The notes beneath the pieces were generated by a model that was not told where the DNA came from, did not search any database, and saw only the letters and a list, made by a program, of their open reading frames with translations. A DNA stretch of 64,000 nt from Octopus sinensis (taxonomy: Eukaryota): NCBI RefSeq assembly GCF_006345805.1, contig NC_043007.1, positions 17,856,001 through 17,920,000 of the forward strand, written 5' to 3'. Shown piece after piece: positions 25,441 through 38,694 of the stretch (positions are counted from its first letter, which is position 1; every line of letters begins with the position of its first letter). The position numbers were made by a program, and so were the translations under genes.

Positions 25441-25624
25441 ATCCACCAGGCAGCGTCTGCTTTATGATTTAATCTTTTGATATTTTGACTGAATAAGACC
25501 CGAGGAAGGTAGGGGGGATGGGTCGGGGTGGGTTGAAGGGGAAATTAGTTAATTGTTAGTATTTAAAGAAAATATTGATTGGTTTATTGATAAAAGCAAA
25601 TATTAGTTTTTAAAAAAAATGTCT

Positions 25625-26480
25625 TCCAGTTACCACCACCACCACTACCACCATTTAAACCACCGCCAGAGTACCACCACCACCACCACCACTACCACCA
25701 CCATTTAAATCACCGCCAGAGTACTACCACCACCACCACCACCAAGAACAACAACACCACGATCACCAGTGCAACCACCACCACTACCACCTCCATCATC
25801 ACTATCGTTGTCGTCATCATCATCATCATCATCATCAACAACATTCTGAAATCACCACCAATGTGAACAACAACAATAACAACAACACTACAGTAATCTT
25901 CACTACTGCAATGATCCCAAGCTCTGACAGATGCAACTACAACCTCCACCACCGCCACTCTCATCTCCACAACATTCCCTACACACCAACACCTGTAACA
26001 TTGCCACCATCTCAACCACTACCTTCTCTATGCACTGTCATAATTTCCCCTAATATCATCGGCACCACTTCATTCCCCAGCACTTCACCAGCATCACCAC
26101 CACCAGCTCCATTGCCACCAACCCCACCGCCACTACCACCAGTACCACTACCACCAGCGACAGCTCCATTAATGTTACCTTCGCCACCACTACTACTACC
26201 ACCACCACCACCACACCACCACCATCACCACCATCACCACCACCGACGCCGCCTCCACCAACAGCAGCAGCACCACCACCACCACTACCACCAGCGATAC
26301 CTTCACTAACGATACCACCCCCACCCCCACCACCACCACCTTCACCAGAACCAATACCACTAGTATCAGCACTAGCAGTACCACCACCTCTACCTCCACA
26401 AGAACCATCTTTACTAGCGCCATCACCACCATCTCCATCTGCACCACCCATCATCCCCACCCTCAGTGCACCGCCAAACT
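25625..26480. repeat. (ACC)-rich degenerate low-complexity tract
   Basis: Direct reading; includes a duplicated CCACCACCATTTAAA(C/T)CACCGCCAGAGTAC block. Confidence 0.9.
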
Positions 26481-27494
26481 TCACGACTACACATTTCGCT
26501 CCTCACAAGTTACGTTTCTACAAACCCCAGTGATTGACTCAGAGTGTCCCCTTGAAAAGATGGAGCAGTTCTTTAATATCGACTGATATAACCATTGGTG
26601 GTCCTATCGACTGACATTGCGACAGATATATGTAACCCATTTTTGACCCTGGATTACAAACTGGTAACACATTGATTATCAAATTCTATTTTAGGAGTGA
26701 ACCCAACCGATACTTTATAGGTCCTGTTTTTTTACTGCTTCATTTCAAAACATAATTCTACTAAACTTATATATATTAAATCTTTCATGATCTTTATAGA
26801 CACGAAGAATTTTTAAGCTGTTCAAGACAGTTTTTGAAATTAGAAACCAAAACAGTTGCTGACTCTATGCAAATAAGTTAATAGCAAAGTAAAAAGCGGA
26901 AAATGAAAATGAAGAAAACAAAACAAACATCTATATTCTTTGGTAACTGACACTAACAGAGGTGAAAGAAGCAGCAGTTTTGGTTTTCTGCATTGAAAAG
27001 CTACACATTGGAATTTGGATATTTTACTAAATAAATAACGTGCTTATAATAAACATTATAAACTCATTACATTCCAGACTACTCTACTAAATTAGCAAAC
27101 ATACCAGATATTTTGGGTGCGAAGATGATCCAACAAACGTAGTTTTGCTACCTGTCGATAGACTCTAACACAATACAAGCGAACAAGGCAGTTTCTATCT
27201 GAGCCAACAAAGGAAAATCTTGGCGAGCATTCATCCTTCTTGCAATAATCGTCAGTTCTTTCTAAAAATAACATCCCTATTTTTAAATGGACACGACAGA
27301 GATACTGTAATACTGGAACCCTAAAATAAAAAAAAAAAATACTTGTTGTCCCTGAAGAGTTCACACATTTTGTGTATTAAATGCTTACAACAACCAAGAA
27401 ACAAGAAAATAACTTTGGATTAGTTACTCTCTCGGTTCTTTCATTTCCTCTTTTCTTCAAAAAAATCTTTCTCGATTCTGTCAAAGTTAACACT

Positions 27495-27532
<38 letters not shown>

Positions 27533-27964
27533 GCAGCAGTAGCAGCAGCAGCAGCACAGCAGCAATAAGTAGGAGTACCAGGATCAGGTGTTTGCCAAGG
27601 TCTACTAGAAGGTGAGGTTATATTTCCAGATACAATTTTATTTTCTTCGTTTTTGTTGTTGTTTATTTTTAAAGTGACCTTTTCTTTTATCCTTCTGGAG
27701 TCAACAAGAGCAAAGCAAAAAAAAACAAAACAAAACAAAAAACAAGCAACCAGACAGACAGTTTAGAGCGTGCCGGATATGACAGAGGTGTGTGCTGACT
27801 GGTAATACGCAGTGTTGCAGGAGACCCGTCAATCAGGGTAAACTCGACGAAACACTCGTTAAAATAGTTCGTGAACACACGCTCCAAGCCTGTTTCATAG
27901 CACACGAACCCACCCTGCCTATTGACTATTCTGTCAATCTCTTTTATCCATTGTATCTATTTCA

Positions 27965-28197
27965 TACCTATTTCTTTATTGCCCACAAGGGGCTAAACAT
28001 AGAGAGGACAAACAAGGACAGACATAGGTATTAAGTCGATTACATCGACCCCAGTGCGGAACTGGTACTTAATTTATCGACCTCGAAAGGATGAAAGGCA
28101 AAGTCAACCTCGGCGGAATTTGAACTCACAACGTAACGGTAGACGAAATACTGCTAAGCATTTCGCCCGGCGTGCTAACGTTTCTGCCAGCTCGACC
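27965..28197 (-). mobile_element. SINE-B monomer retaining 4 nt of the multimer junction
   Basis: Minus strand ends GAAATA-GGTA. Confidence 0.88.
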
Positions 28198-28632
28198 GTC
28201 TCATCTCTACATCGTCTCTTCTATTTACTGTATCATAATGTCCATAACTGAACATGATTGAGAGGAAAGCACCCGAATTATGTATATTGAATATTCTCCA
28301 TTCATACATCTTCCATCCATATCTTATTACCTAAACCTCTCGTTATCTTTCCTAATAATGACGCTTGAGTTAAGACAGTTGATAGCCAGTTGCCTTTATC
28401 CGTCTCCTTGATTCTTCTGTCACCATGTTATGTCACGGGCTAATACGAAGGCTTGGGTAACCAGACAATTACGCTCTGGCTTCTCATCAACACCTTATCT
28501 CTCCCCAGTGCACCACTTTAATCCACCCACATATAATTTCGGGTGGCACTGCATCTCCTACTCAACCCATCTCCACTACCCTTATCACTCTTTGACACAC
28601 TCTCTCTCTCTCTCTCTCTGTCCATCTCTTTT

Positions 28633-28806
28633 TTATTCTCTTTTACTTGTTTCAGTCATTTGACTGCGGCCATGCTGGAGCACCGCCTTTAGTCGAGCAA
28701 ATCGACCCCAGGACTTATTCTTTGTAAGCCTAGTATTTATTCTATCGGTTCTTTTGCCGAACCGCTAAGTTGCGAGGATGTTGGGGGGACAAACACATTC
28801 ACACAA

Positions 28807-28849
<43 letters not shown>

Positions 28850-29023
28850 TTCATATATACGACGGGCTTCTTTAAGTTTCCGTGGACCAAATCCACTCAC
28901 AAGGCTTTGGTCGGCCCGTGGCTATAGTTGAAGACACTTGCCCAAGATGCCACGCAGTGGGACTGAACCCGGAACCATGTGGCTAATAAGCAAGCTACTT
29001 ACCACACAGCTACTCCTGCGCCT
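28633..29023 (-). mobile_element. SINE-A full length
   Basis: Head, internal (CA)n and tail all present. Confidence 0.9.
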
Positions 29024-29025
29024 AC

Positions 29026-29068
<43 letters not shown>

Positions 29069-30216
29069 ACACTAACCCTTGGCACTACCGTTTCCCTTCC
29101 CACACTATTTAAGCTCTTCCCTAACACTGTCTCTGTTAATCTCCCCTCTTCCCATCCCCCTTTCTCAACAATAAACCTAGTTAATTCCAAGAATCAACTC
29201 GAACATTGATGAACCGTCCAACTCATGTAACCATGGAAAACGGACCGATCCACATCATCACTGGTCATTCCTGGTCATCGCTGGTTCCATCTCTCCCCAC
29301 CCTATTGCCCTTACCATTTTCTTTCACACTGATCCATGACATTTATCTTCCCATTTTCTCACCTCTGCCTCTCCCATTATTCTTCCTTAATACTCTTCTC
29401 TCTGTTACTCTCTTCATTACCACCCTCTTACAACAATAAATATGTTTTTTTTTTCATCATGCATTTACTAATACACTTTCACATTATGAGTTACAAGGTA
29501 ACCCCTCGAGTGCAGATTCACTGAAGGAGTTTCTTTGTAGGATTTTGGTAAAAAAGAAACAAAAAAAGACTCGAACAGTGACCACAAAGTGCGTGAGGGT
29601 TTTTTTTTTTTAGTCTTACCGATAGTAAGACAATCTCTATAGTTTTGGTGCACGAAAAAAATGTGCCCAGTACTCTGTGGTGCCTGGAAGGGTATCAGTC
29701 CGTAGAAACCGTGCCTAAAATTGAGACATTACAGCAAGACGTGCTCCCCTTTCCGACCTGTCGGATCCTATCGAACCATACAACCAGATGATAGCATGGA
29801 AAATAGTGTAAAATGATTGGCAGTGGTGGTGGTGATGACAACGACGACGACAGTAGCGGCGGCGGCGACGACGACGACAGTAGCGGCGGCGGCGGCGACG
29901 ACGACGGCGGCGGCGACGACGACGGCGATGACGACGATGAGACAATAATTGGGCAGCAAATTTACACATACATACACACTTACATAAACGTGTGTATTCA
30001 TATGTATGCATTACAAAGCAACCTCGGTTCTCGAACGTTTCACTTCGAACAAAAAATTCGAGATGAAAATGCCTCGGTTCTAAAAAAAAATTTCGGTTTC
30101 CGAGCAACATTGCCGAACCGAGCCGAACCAAGTTAACCCGAACGGAATCATTTCTGAGTCGACCGCCGTGTTGTGTTGTACTTTTCTTTTCCAGTTCCCT
30201 TCATTAGCTCTTCGTC

Positions 30217-31112
30217 ATGGCTCCAAAGAATCATAGCAGTGATACTGGTAAAGGGAAAAGAAAATTTGAGAGAAAAACAAGTGAAGTGAAGAAAGAAATC
30301 ATCACAAAACACGAAAATGGCGTTCGTGTGTCAGATCTCGCTGTGCAGTGCGGTATGCCTAAGTCGACAATATCTACTATTCTAAAAAATAAGGAAGTGA
30401 TAAAAGCAGCTGATATTGCAAAAGGAATGACTGTTATTAATAAACAAAGACCAAAGATACTCGAAGAAGTGGAAAAGTTATTGCTTACTTCTATAAGTGA
30501 GAAAAAGTTAGCAGGTGACAGTATCGGTGCAGCATTTATTTGTGAGAAAGCATTAGAAATTTATAATGATCTAGTAAAGAAAACCCCTCGTACAAGTACC
30601 GAAAGTGATACTTTTGAATCCAAAGCTAGTAGAGCCTGGTTCGAGAAATGTAAGATAAGTGAAATACATAAGTGTAATTAGGCATGGAGAGGCGGTGAGT
30701 TCAAACAAGGAAGTGGCTGAGAAATATGTGACTGAGTTTAGTGACTTGATAAGGGAAGGACGTTATCTCCCCCAACAAGTGTGTAACGTGGATGAAACAG
30801 GATTATTTTTGAAACGAATGCCAAATAGGACCTATATTACTAAGGAGGAAAAAGCATTGCCAATGAAAGATAGACTTACTCTTTGCTATGCGGCAACGCA
30901 AGTGGCGATTTCAAGGTCAAGCCATTGCTTGTTTACCATTGCGATAACCCGAGGGTTTTCAAAAGAAACAATGTTATGAAGAGTAAATAGCCTGTTATGT
31001 GACGGGCTAATACGAAGGCTTGGGTAACCAGACAATTTTTTATTGAGTGGATTCATTAAGTTTTTGCCCCGAGTGTTCAAAAAATATCTGCAAGAAAAAA
31101 AATACCACTAAA
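30217..31112 (+). pseudogene. Tigger/pogo transposase remnant (two CENP-B-type HTH domains and DDE start), frameshifted
   Basis: KKEIITKHENGVRVSDLAVQCGMPKSTISTILK; SRAWFEK; QQVCNVDETGL; MKDRLTL; split over several frames. Confidence 0.9.
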
Positions 31113-31585
31113 ATGCTTCGCAAATATCTCCGAGTAAAACCACTAATAGAAGAGAATATGACTAAGAACTGCGTGTACTCTATCACATGCAGCTGTGGTA
31201 GGTTATACAAAGGCGAAACATGCCGCCCCCTCAAAATAAGGGTAGAGGAACATCGCAAAGCTGTAACACGGGGAGATATTGATAAATCGGGTATAGCTGA
31301 TCATTTGGAAACTTGGAGACCACCTTCCCCTGTGGGATGAAGTTAAAATAATAGACAGAGAACACCACTGGAAAATACGAAAACTAAAAGAAGCAGCACA
31401 TATGCTAGGACACAACAACCTCCTGAGCAGACCGAGTGCAGATATGAGCAGCATATGGGAACCGTATTAAGGAAGGATAGGAGAATATTAGATTTATAAG
31501 ACCAAAAATTCACTCCATAATTGCTCACAGGTATATGGCGTAGTACTAACCCCAAGATTCTGAGTTCGATTCCAGGCAGTGACCA

Positions 31586-31668
<83 letters not shown>

Positions 31669-31850
31669 GGAAGAAGAAGAAGAAGAATAACAATAACAAC
31701 AACAACAAAAAATACCTTAGGAATGAGAACCCAGGTTCGAAATTTCCCCAAGACACCTAATGAAGGCTGGAGGGTATATCAGCCGAAACGTGTTAACAAC
31801 ACACAAGATAAGGACAAATATCCGTCAATTATAAATAATGTAAATAATCT
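31100..31850 (+). mobile_element. Penelope-like element 3' part: GIY-YIG endonuclease remnant plus terminal repeat with degenerate hammerhead
   Basis: CVYSITCSCGRLYKGETCRPLKIRVEEHRKAV...KSGIADH; CTAATGA-A-GGCTG...CAGCC-GAAAC at 31757-31789. Confidence 0.85.
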
Positions 31851-32062
31851 AAACGTTTTTAATACTAAAATATATATTCATCTGGTGCTTGGAAACGAAT
31901 TAATCTTTTTTTACATTAATTGTAATTGGAAAAAATGATTCGGTTCTCGAACAATTAGATTTTAGAACAGACTTTCAGATGGTCGAGAACTGAGGTTGCT
32001 ATCTATCTATCTATCTATCTCTTTCTCCCCTACTCTCTTTCATATAATGTGTGTGTGTGTGT

Positions 32063-32112
<50 letters not shown>

Positions 32113-32379
32113 TGTTAGACCAAAAAGGATCTGCTCCGCCTAAACCAGTATTACCTGTCCTATCGCCGAGCCGCCAATAGCTTATTTCGCTACGTCACTT
32201 CAGGATCTTACCTTTTGTGTATAGAGGTTACCTTGACCGTATTGGCTGATGAACTCAATAAAAATTATGCAGCCATTCATCAAACCAATAAATGGAGGGA
32301 GATGCTCCATTAAAGATTTTGAGTTTGGTTTGTCATTACTGGTTCTCTTGACAAATTCAGCATCTAGTTGTCTCACTCA

Positions 32380-33230
32380 TATATACTGGCACTACTTTTC
32401 CTTTGCACCATGTGATTAGGTCATTTGCTGTCCATAAGAACAGGAGTTTCTATGGGCAACTGATCTTAAATACATCTATTGTGGATGGGAAATTATATCA
32501 AGCAAAGAGAGAATGAGTACTGAACATTGATGAACACCAACCTGTATGCTAAATTCCTCGCAGGATTCTTTGTTAGCCTTCACCTTCCTGATGACAACCC
32601 CTGCTTAGCTTGTACAGCTGTCACAAGCCATTGATCTATCCTCTAAACCTATTAGCAAATATCAGACTACAGATTACAGAACCTTGTCTACGGCCTTCTC
32701 TAAGCCGACAAAAACTAGGTAGGAGAGATTACTCTTAGCTTATGACAACTGCAGTTGTCGCAAAAGTAAGAAACTGTTGGTAGTATCCGTCCATGCATAA
32801 ACCCGAATTAATTCTTTTCCTAATGAGCTGTACTTTAACTCTTTCAATAGCTTTCGTAACCTGGTCCAAAAATCTAATGCCTAAAAGTTGCTTTTCCCTT
32901 GAGCGTCACCTTTGCCATAGTTACAGATGTTGAAGATACTGCTATACCAGTCATTGGGTGCGGCACCGTCCTCTGTACCACCTCACAGACTATGCAACTA
33001 AACCTTATAGTCTCGCTTTAAACACAGCTCTCAAGTTGAATGTCTGGTACGTCTATTGGGTTTTTCAGTGGGAAGGCTCTTTTGCTCCCATACATCGTCC
33101 TCATTCAGCAATATTTCGTAATTAGAACTCCCAAGCCTCTACTTTTGTTTTTCAGTGTCAACGAGGGCAAGAAAGCTTTTGTCATTTCGCCCACATTTCA
33201 TGCAACGATCGCACAATTCTCTCACCTTGC
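32380..33230 (-). pseudogene. RTE (BovB-like) reverse transcriptase fragment, highly decayed
   Basis: Minus strand gives YLVFVGLEKAVDKV (~FVDLEKAFDRV), QVGVHQCSVL (~GVHQGSVL) and GKGDA motifs with many stops. Confidence 0.75.
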
Positions 33231-33372
33231 AATACAAAATGTCTCACATCTTTGATCATCACGTTGCAGAACATATGAACTAATGCACACCTCAAATTTT
33301 TACCTTTTCGTTTGCTAAATATATCTCATATATAACTTCTTTTCAGGCTGCTTGGTTCAACTGAACCCAAGT

Positions 33373-33756
33373 ATACATACGTACGTACATACATACATAC
33401 ATACATACATACATACATACATACATACATACATACATACATACACACACACATACATACATACATACGTGCATACACACATACATACATACATGCATAC
33501 ACACATACATACATACATACATACATACATACATACATACATACATACATACATACATACATACATACGTACATACATACATACATACGTACATACATAC
33601 ATACGTACATACATACGTACATACGTACATACATACATACATACATACATACATACAAACTTACATACATATATACATACATACGTACATACGTACATAC
33701 GTACATACATACATACATACATACATACATACATACATACATACATACATACAAAC

Positions 33757-33787
<31 letters not shown>

Positions 33788-33790
33788 CAC
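33373..33790. repeat. (TACA)n microsatellite, about 420 bp
   Basis: Direct reading. Confidence 0.97.
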
Positions 33791-33947
33791 ACACATATAT
33801 ATATATGTATATGTATATGTATACTAATAAACGTACTTATATATACATGTGTCTGTGTGTTTGCCTGTGTGCGTGCGTGTGTGCCACATTGTGAAGATAG
33901 TATACTTAATTTGTATATTAGCTCTATTCAGGTGAACCATGTCTGAA

Positions 33948-33999
<52 letters not shown>

Positions 34000-34333
34000 G
34001 AGAGAGAGAGAGACAGACAGACAAACAGAGAGGGAGAGAAAAAGAGAGATAGAAAGGAAGAGAAAGGGAGAGGGGGGTGTCATCAGTGTCGTTATTGTCA
34101 TTATAATTCTTTCTAATTATTTCTAATTTTAGTACAAGGCCAGTAATTGTTTTGTCGGTAGGTGGAAGTCGTTTACATCGAGCCCAACCCCCACTACTCA
34201 CCTGCTACTTATTTTTATTCTCATAAAAAATAATCAGATTATGCTTGTTTCTCTAGGCATCGATTGGATGGGCCTTCTTCAGAAGTGCTTTGTCGTCTTC
34301 TGCTGAAATGCTGCATCCTCATATCAGGCCCAG

Positions 34334-34812
<479 letters not shown>

Positions 34813-35367
34813 AATGCCCTGATACAGTACCAGGCAGTGGCTCTCATGGCTTCTGATCTTAACTTATTGGAAGTGTTATCATGTACATTGTTTTGTCTTG
34901 GTATAAAAGATGGGCTACAACAAATATTCTGCTCAATACCACAGATTTGCTTGTCAGTTGTTTGACCATAACCCGTTGAGAATGTCCCTTAGTGGTTGAC
35001 GATATGTGCATCTCATCATGAGCAGAAGTAGTGGGGGAGCATCATAGCCATATGTTGAAAGGAATTCTTAGAGGTTTGGATAATTCACCTCTGGAAACAT
35101 GGGTGTTTCATTCAACATCCTTAAACAACCCTTATTCAGGGACCTTTTGAGCGGGATGGGTTACTCGACCAGAAGAAAGTTCTAACTGGGCCCCACCTGC
35201 AAGGTCATGTGCTGCTTATCTTGATATGAGATCGCCATGTCGCACACATATGGCTGTGATGCATGTGCCTGGTGTACCTTTATCAGACGGGTAGTCATGA
35301 TGGGTATACTGGGCTTCGTATATTTTACCCCAGTGTCACTTTCATGGCATGCACTGCTCTCTTACTC
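34813..35367 (+). mobile_element. Dispersed ~550-bp repeat ending in (AAT)n, probable LINE 3' UTR
   Basis: Second copy at 41776-42213; both end CTCAATAATAAT. Confidence 0.6.
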
Positions 35368-35430
<63 letters not shown>

Positions 35431-35962
35431 CCTTTTTACTATAGGCACAAGGCCTGAAAGTCGATTACAACGATCCCAGTGGTACTTAATTTATCGACCC
35501 CGAAAGGATGAAAAGCCAAGTCAAATATGGCGGAATTCGAACTCAGAACGTAAAGGGAGACGAAGTGTTGCTAAGCATTTCGCCCGCTACGCTAACAATT
35601 CTGTCGCTCGCCACCTTAATAATAGTAATACTAACCCTTTCTCCTGGAAGCACAAGCCCTCAGATTTCCGGGAAGAGGACTAGTCGACTAGCATTTCGCC
35701 CGGCGTGCTAACGATTCTGCTAGCTCACCGCCTTTCCTAAATTTTGCAACAAGGACAGCATGTTTTGGGGTAGGAGATGAGTTGATTACATCGACCCCAG
35801 TGTTCAAATGGTACCTATTTTAGCGGCCCCCAAAAGGATAAAAGGCAAAGTCAACCTCGGCAGAATTTGAACTCAGAACGTAACGACAGGCGAAACACCG
35901 CTAAAAAATTTCGTCCAGCGCGCTACCTTCTTCTTCTTAACAACAACAACAACAACAACAAC

Positions 35963-36290
35963 AACGTTTCTGTAAAAGAAATGGAGAAACTTTCAAAATA
36001 CAAAAACCTGGAAATAGAGGTAACTCGAATATGGAATCTAAAAACAGAAACAATTCCTGTCATAGTAGTCGCATTAGGTATGATAAAAAATATTCAGACA
36101 AATACATAACAAAAACACCAGGACTTACAAATATTTATAACATACAGAAAATTGCACTACTGGGCACTGCACACATCCTACGCAAAACGCTTTCAATACA
36201 GTAACCATAAGAGCATCACAGCAAACCACAGCACATACCTAAGGCACACAGAGCTGTGCTCGGTAGTGAAGTGAAAGCACGCTATAAAAA
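35963..36290 (+). mobile_element. 5'-truncated R4/Dong-like LINE 3' end
   Basis: Same family as 34438; (AAC)n before and (AAT)n after. Confidence 0.85.
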
Positions 36291-36935
36291 TAATAATAAT
36301 AATAATAATGATGATGATGATGATGATGACGATGATGATGATGTAATGGAGTGCTACTTTCTGGGTAATCCGAGAAATGATAATGAAGTACCCGCTAGGA
36401 GATATAGGAAAAGAATGCACAGGGCATGGAGCGACAGAAGCCTATTTGAATTGAGTGAACAAAATCAATGTGACCAAGCTAGGGCCATTAGAAAGAATGA
36501 ATGGTTATCTCCAGTTGAACTAGAAAGCATTAAGAGACGGGTGCTTAGGGATAGTAAGACCAGCGGTGAACGGAAGGATGAAGGAGAAAATGCAGATACT
36601 GGTACTATGGCAGTAGAGTTAAAGGAAGAAAACAAGAATGAGACTGAGATAATTGATCAGGAAAGCGATGAGAGAACGGAGGAACAGATGTCCATTTCAA
36701 ATGAAATCATTGATATTTGGATCTCTGGTGAACAGAACTTTCATACGGAGTTTTAAAAAGTAGACAGTAAGAAACTCAATGAATGGGTCAGGAAGATAAA
36801 GGATATCACTTGTGATATCAGGGCTGACAACATCTCAGACACCAACAATCTGATAAATGGAATCTCGATCTTTATAGCCCGGAAGTTAGGTTTGAAAGCC
36901 AAAGGTAGATGTCAACATAACCTGAAGAAACCGTA

Positions 36936-37160
36936 GGAGGCGTAGGAGTGGCTGTGTGGTAAGTAGCTAGGTGTAGGAGTGGCTGTGTGGTAAGTAGCTT
37001 ACTTACGAACCACATGGTTCCGGGTTCAGTCCCACTGCGTGGTTGAGCAAGTGTCTTCTTCTATAGCCTCGGGCCGACCAAAGCCTTGTGAGTGGATTTG
37101 GTAGACGGAAACTGAAAGAAGCCCGTCGTATGTATGTATATATATATATATATATATATA

Positions 37161-37235
<75 letters not shown>

Positions 37236-37448
37236 TGTGTGTTTGTGCTTGTCCCCCCAACATCGCTTGACAACCGATGCTGATGTGTTTGCGTTCCCGT
37301 AACTTAGCGGTTCGGCAAAAGAGAATGATAGAATAAGTACTAGGCTTACAAAGAATAAGTCCTGGGGTCGATTTACTCGACTAAAGGCGGTGCTCCAGCA
37401 TGGCCACAGTCAAAATGACTGAAACAAGTAAAAGAGCAAAAGAGTAAA
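36936..37448 (+). mobile_element. SINE-A with duplicated first ~33 nt
   Basis: (G/T)GTAGGAGTGGCTGTGTGGTAAGTAGCT occurs twice; approximate TSD AAACC(G/A)T. Confidence 0.9.
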
Positions 37449-38694
37449 CCATGGAAATATAACGCAGTCTATTAACGAGACCAGAAATATTCTGGAACGG
37501 AAAAAAAAGAAATGAAGTTCAGTGAGAGAAATATGTTGAGCGAGAGAAGAAGTATAGGGTGAAGAGAAAGAGAATCAATGCTGTGATTGAAGAGTTAAAA
37601 TAGAGTTTGAAAGCTAAAGCACATAAACTAAAGAGATATGAACAGAGAATTGAGCAGTACAGATTAAACAGACTTTTCGAACAAAAGCAGAAATGAGTCT
37701 ATCAGGAACTGGATAGGAAAGAAAAAGGTGAAAAAGCCGTGCCAGATGTTGAAGAAAGCAAAAGATTCAGCAACACAAAACAGAAGCAGAGTGGTTAAAG
37801 ACACTCAAAGAGGAGAGCGGAGAGTATTAGCAGGAGGATTTGAGAATAACCGAGAAAATGATTATAGATTAGGCAGGAAAATTCCTAACTAGAAAGCGCC
37901 TGGCCCAGATGGGGTTCAGGATTTTGGCTTAGGAACTTTACAGCTCTGCACAGGAGAACTGCGAGACAGATGGACGAAATACTGATTAGTGACATCCAAG
38001 TACTGGTCTGGATGACAAAAGGAAGAACGGTACAATGCTAGAAGGATCCAAGTAAAGGGAATGTGGTTGGAAGTTTCCGACCAGTATCTTGTTTGCCACT
38101 GATGTGGAAACAGGTGACGGGAATCACATCAAACAGCATCTATAAGTACCTAGATGAGAACGACCTACTACCAGTGGAACAAAAAGGGTGTAGACGTAAG
38201 AGCAGAGGAACGAAGGATCAATTACTAATCGATGAGACTACCCTGGCTGACTGCAAGAAGAGACACAAAAATTTGGCGATGGCATGGGTGGACTACAGGA
38301 AAGCATATGACATGGTTCCACATTCGGGGATTATTGAATGCCCTAAACTGTTTAAGGCCTCCCACAATATCCTGAAGTTAATACAAAACTGAATGACAAC
38401 GTAGCGAACTGAACTCACAGTATGGGGAGATAAGCTGGGAGAGGTAAATATCAAAAGAGGGATCTTTCAAGGGGACAGTTTGTCGCCTCTCCTATTTGTT
38501 GTCTGCATATTGCCACTAACAAGCATTTTAAGAAAGATGCGTGTAGGTTACATGCTAGGCAAGGTGAGAGTAAACATCCTGTGGTTTATTGATGACCTTA
38601 AGCTATTCGCTAAAACTGAGAAAGAAACTGAAAGTTTGACGGCAACAGTGCATATGATTAGCAAAGATAATGGCATGGAATTTGGGCAAAGATA

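Larger units (their letters stand above)
30014..32003 (+). mobile_element. Tigger/pogo DNA transposon, decayed and interrupted
   Basis: TA-flanked imperfect TIRs CAAAGCAACCTCGGTTCTCGAAC / GTCGAGAACTGAGGTTGCTATC; transposase remnant inside. Confidence 0.85.

Noticed and set aside
24378-26484. Several long ORFs (up to 272 aa) on both strands
   Set aside because: Stop-poor GA-, CA- and ACC-rich low-complexity DNA gives open frames by chance.
33326-33894. MYVC/HTYI repeat ORFs
   Set aside because: (TACA)n microsatellite.
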